Source of the DNA: Clostridia bacterium
GTDB taxonomy: Bacteria > Bacillota > Clostridia > Oscillospirales > QAKW01
Reading direction: 5' to 3'
Assembly (NCBI GenBank): GCA_017442025.1
Contig: JAFSBD010000042.1
Span: 1 to 25,929 of the forward strand
Length of the DNA stretch: 25,929 nt
Position 1 is the stretch's first letter, and every line of letters begins with the position of its first letter. This document shows positions 22,907 through 25,929 of the stretch, piece after piece. The notes below the pieces were generated by a model. The model had not been told where the DNA came from and made no database searches. It worked only from the letters and a program-made list of their open reading frames with translations. The position numbers and the translations under genes are program-made.

Positions 22907-24085
22907 TCATTCGTTTGAGATATATTTTGCTGTGTATCCAAGGTCGGCAAAATAAATGCGGATCAAGTTCTTTATTTCTTTTACGGTATCTTTTGCAATT
23001 TTATGGGATTTTGGATAATCCCAGCAATCAATGGTATCAACCTCGGCGATCCTCGATTCGTCATCGAGTTCAACTGAAAGCCAAAGGCCGTGCTCCTTCC
23101 ATTTGAGATAAATGTAATCGTCTTCAAAGGCGATTTCCCCATGCTTCATTTTTTCGAAGCGTTTCTTCAATTTCTTATTGTCCAGAAGCAACTCTTTTTT
23201 GGTCGTTTTCCAAAAACACCATAAGCTCTGTTCGGGATCCATATCCTTGATGGGATCAAGCGTGTCCGGTGAATCGGCCAAAGGAAACTTGTTTTTGAAT
23301 AAATACTTTCGAATTATTTTTATGCCGCGGTTCTTTACGGGATATTGAAAACCGATATAGGGGATGCGCATACTGTCGAATGTACAGTTTTGTTTTTCCA
23401 AATCTATCACACACGGAAGCACCGCCGTATCAAAACCGTCACCGCCGTTTTTACAAACCAAATCGAATAAATCGTCTCTGAGTTTTTCATCCACTTTTTT
23501 CGCATATATAATGATTACGGTTACGCGGTTTAGTGCAGAGCTTTTCTGTGCTTTGTCCAGAAAATAGTGTTTCTTTTTACCTGTTAGTGCTTTTGAATTC
23601 GCTGTGGCAGACTGGACAATCAAGTGGTATTGGTTTTGGTCTAAGAAATCAATGTGGTATGTTGCAATCACCTTCTCAATGCCGCTTGAATAAATCGTTA
23701 TCGGAGCTTTACTCTTGTAGCGAAGCGTTTCGGGGCGCGGTAAGATGGCGATCGGCTCTGCTTTTTCGCCAAAGCGAGAGATTTTCTTTTCGGTCTTTTG
23801 AACCGAAAAGGATTGGGGCAAAGAAAAGCGTTTTCTTGCCGTATTATGACAATGCAGCATTGCGAGTCCAACATCCATTGTCATTAATAAAACAAAGTTT
23901 TGAATGAGATATATTAATAGGCCGACAGCCAAACCGATACCGACAAGGACCTTTATTGTTTCCGAGATGAATTTCAAATTTGCCGCAAGAATGATCGGGG
24001 CAATAAATCCGCCAAGAACAACAACATAAACAAGAATTCTGCAAAACAACGCATTTTTTAACTGTGGAAATTTCAAAAAACTCAC
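22907..24085 (-). CDS. AT-rich hypothetical protein with two N-terminal TM helices
   Basis: 392-aa ORF, visibly AT-richer than its neighbours, with its own TTGAAA-17-TG-C-TACACT promoter (24141-24113). The true start may be TTG 24076 after GAGGTG. Confidence 0.75.
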   Translation of the reverse strand: MSFLKFPQLKNALFCRILVYVVVLGGFIAPIILAANLKFISETIKVLVGIGLAVGLLIYLIQNFVLLMTMDVGLAMLHCHNTARKRFSLPQSFSVQKTEKKISRFGEKAEPIAILPRPETLRYKSKAPITIYSSGIEKVIATYHIDFLDQNQYHLIVQSATANSKALTGKKKHYFLDKAQKSSALNRVTVIIIYAKKVDEKLRDDLFDLVCKNGGDGFDTAVLPCVIDLEKQNCTFDSMRIPYIGFQYPVKNRGIKIIRKYLFKNKFPLADSPDTLDPIKDMDPEQSLWCFWKTTKKELLLDNKKLKKRFEKMKHGEIAFEDDYIYLKWKEHGLWLSVELDDESRIAEVDTIDCWDYPKSHKIAKDTVKEIKNLIRIYFADLGYTAKYISNE

Positions 24086-24149
24086 CTCGATAGAACATAA
24101 CCTTATATTTTAAGTGTAGCATAAAAAAGTGATGATTTCAAATGTTATA

Positions 24150-24162
24150 TGGTCGGAGTGAG
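24150..24162 (-). other. 13-nt tRNA-Pro-type 3' end fragment (possible att relic)
   Basis: Minus strand CTCACTCCG-A-CCA matches the G72-A73-CCA end typical of tRNA-Pro; the rest of a tRNA is absent. Confidence 0.4.
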
Positions 24163-24221
24163 GCGATGAAAGAGTCTGCCTGTCTCTATCGTTGGTTCCG
24201 TTTCGGAAGTTTTGATCAACT

Positions 24222-24310
24222 GCCCCTTTGCGGTAACCCGAAATTTTCAGGCGGTCGGCGGGGCACCCGCCCAAAATTTCGACCGCAGCAGCAGCCCCGC
24301 CTCGCCTTCA
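24222..24310. repeat. REP-like GC-rich long hairpin
   Basis: gcggt..cgaaatttt..ggcgg / ccgcc..aaaatttcg-accgc (24230-24286). Confidence 0.6.
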
Positions 24311-24320
24311 TCCGCGCGTG

Positions 24321-24383
24321 GGCGGCGGCTTACTGCTCGCCACTCGCTATCTGAAAAAGAAGGAAGAAACCGAGCAGGCGTAA
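24321..24383 (+). pseudogene. Remnant 3' end of an adhesin paralog (GGGLLLATRYLKKKEETEQA*)
   Basis: 56/63 nt identical to 17002-17064 in the same orientation, including the stop codon; no upstream gene body. Confidence 0.85.
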
Positions 24384-24392
24384 AGTAAAAAT

Positions 24393-24434
24393 AAAAAGCA
24401 GGATGCGAAAGGTTCCTTTCGCATCCTGCTTTTT
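24393..24434. terminator. Bidirectional intrinsic terminator
   Basis: AAAAAGCAGGATGCGAAAGG-tt-CCTTTCGCATCCTGCTTTTT, a 20-bp perfect stem. Confidence 0.88.
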
Positions 24435-25929
24435 TATGAGTCGTATTCTACGGTCTTCAGGGTTGCTCCCTCGGGTAATTCCGCTTTCAGCGGGATTCCG
24501 CGGGGGATGGCAAGGGTATAATTCTTTTTCCCATCGCAGCAAACGGCGATTTCCCCATGGGGCGTCGGGATAACGCCCTTGAAAGAGCCGACGTTGCCGC
24601 AAGGGCGGAAGAGGATCTCATCGTAGCCCGCCTTTTGGGGTTGGATGCCCAAAACAAACGCGCTCAAAAGATAGGTACAGCCCGCCGACCAGGCGTGTGC
24701 GCGGTATTGCCAGCAATCGGTGGGATGATTGGGGGCATATTCCCAAAAGGTTTTGGCCCCTTTGCGGATCATCGTCCCCCAGCAGTTTTTGATGAGCTGC
24801 AACGCGCCCTCGGCATCGCCAAGGCGGAAACGGGCTTCCGCCTCATAGGTGCAGAAGGGCGGGGAAATGGTATAAACACCGTCGCGGGTATCCCTGGCGC
24901 GGGAGGGTGCGCTCATCATCGCGCTGCCGTAGGACGACCAGTTTTTCTCTTTGAGGGTCTTCAGCACCCGTTTGGCGCGTTCCCTTTGGGCCAGCCCGAA
25001 GAGCAGAGCCAGCGCGTTGCCGTCTTGCGGAATATAGGCGGTATCGTAGGTGTCGAGATAAGCACCGCGATCTTCGCTCCAAAGGCGCGCGTTGAAGGCT
25101 TCGAAAACCTGATCCGCCATCTTGGCCCAGATTGCGCTCCGAGCATCTTGCAATGTTTCGGCCAACATGCTCATGCACCGCAGGCTTTGATAAAAGAGGG
25201 CGTTTAGGTAGGGGCGCTCCCCCAGCCGATCCATACTGCAACCGTAGTCTACCGGCCCAAAGCCGCGGTTAAAGGCACCGCCGGGGATGGGGTATTGATA
25301 GATCAACCCTTCCCGATTGGTTTTGGCGATCATCCATTCCAGGCAGGTTGCCATCTCTTCAAAATACCGCGCAATAAATGCAGGGTCGGTGCAATAGCGG
25401 GTGTGATTATAAAACATAATGATCCGCCAGCCGGGATAATCCCAAAGTAGGGAGGAATTATCAAAAAGATCGTGGCGCAGGCCCCCGTCCCGCCCCGCTT
25501 CGGTGAGGGAAAGGGAGGCGTCCACCAAGGGCGCGTTGCCAAAGGTATAGTAGTCCACCAGCGCGTCGATGATGCCATCGCCGCTGAAAAATTTCATCTT
25601 GTTGCGGGGGCAGGATTCATATTCCTGATGCTTATTGACCAAAAGGGTGTATTTCCCCATCTCCCAGATTTGATTCAGGAGGGGATCGTCGCACCGAAAC
25701 CAACCCACCGATTCGCCGTTTAGCATGCTCAGGTGCAGGTGAAGATCGCTTATCGCGGCCTCCCCATCGAACTTCAGATAGCGAAAGGCGCGGCGCCGCG
25801 GAATCAAAACGCGGTGAACGCCCTTTTTGTCTAACAAAACCACCGGCGGTGCCGGTGGTACCCAAAAGCTTTAGCTATGAGTGGAAAAAATATCCTCCTT
25901 TGTCTAAAATAGAAGTGGGTTTGCCAACC
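24434..25929 (-). pseudogene. GH78 alpha-L-rhamnosidase-like gene, probably disrupted
   Basis: RRAFRYL, DDPLLNQIW, PQDGNALA, TFWE and AHAWSAG motifs in the ORF 24434-25843. In-frame stops upstream at 25871-25873 and 25904-25906, no RBS at GTG 25843, and the presumed acid-catalyst loop lacks a carboxylate. Confidence 0.6.

Noticed and set aside
17002-24383. 63-nt repeat pair as DGR VR/TR
   Set aside because: Only 1-2 of 7 mismatches fall at adenines in either copy or strand. Changes are mostly synonymous and lie in the membrane anchor, not a ligand-binding domain.

Overview
A moderately GC-rich chromosomal segment, most likely from a gut-type Clostridia/Oscillospiraceae-like Firmicute (inferred from gene content, SigA-type promoters and a sortase-type anchor). 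From left to right it holds tRNA-Ser(TGA), a zinc-ribbon membrane protein, a choloylglycine-hydrolase-family Ntn hydrolase, a THF riboswitch with folT, an AT-rich two-gene cassette bracketed by ~90-bp direct repeats, and a minus-strand run of mgtC-mgtC-four-helix-bundle-exonuclease-radC. Next come a dual-HTH/LuxR regulator, a small Cys-rich protein and a ~2395-aa vWA + isopeptide-domain surface adhesin, then nadABC-niaR-HD, a MATE transporter, an AT-rich orphan gene and a probably decaying GH78 gene. The most unusual signal is non-coding: three 'hairpin ladders' in which a heptamer is repeated 4x, then its reverse complement, with a short perfect hairpin between copies. Two different heptamers (RTGAAAT and GCGATAT) give the same architecture, and one ladder sits directly on the RBS of a four-helix-bundle (Avd/23S-IVP-like) gene. 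Other notable items are a 271-bp TIR-bounded insert splitting the THF aptamer from its expression platform, a direct-repeat-flanked 755-bp cassette with a flipped terminator loop, and a 63-nt mostly synonymous copy of the adhesin's 3' end 7.3 kb downstream. All family assignments come from motif recognition by eye; no database searches were run.
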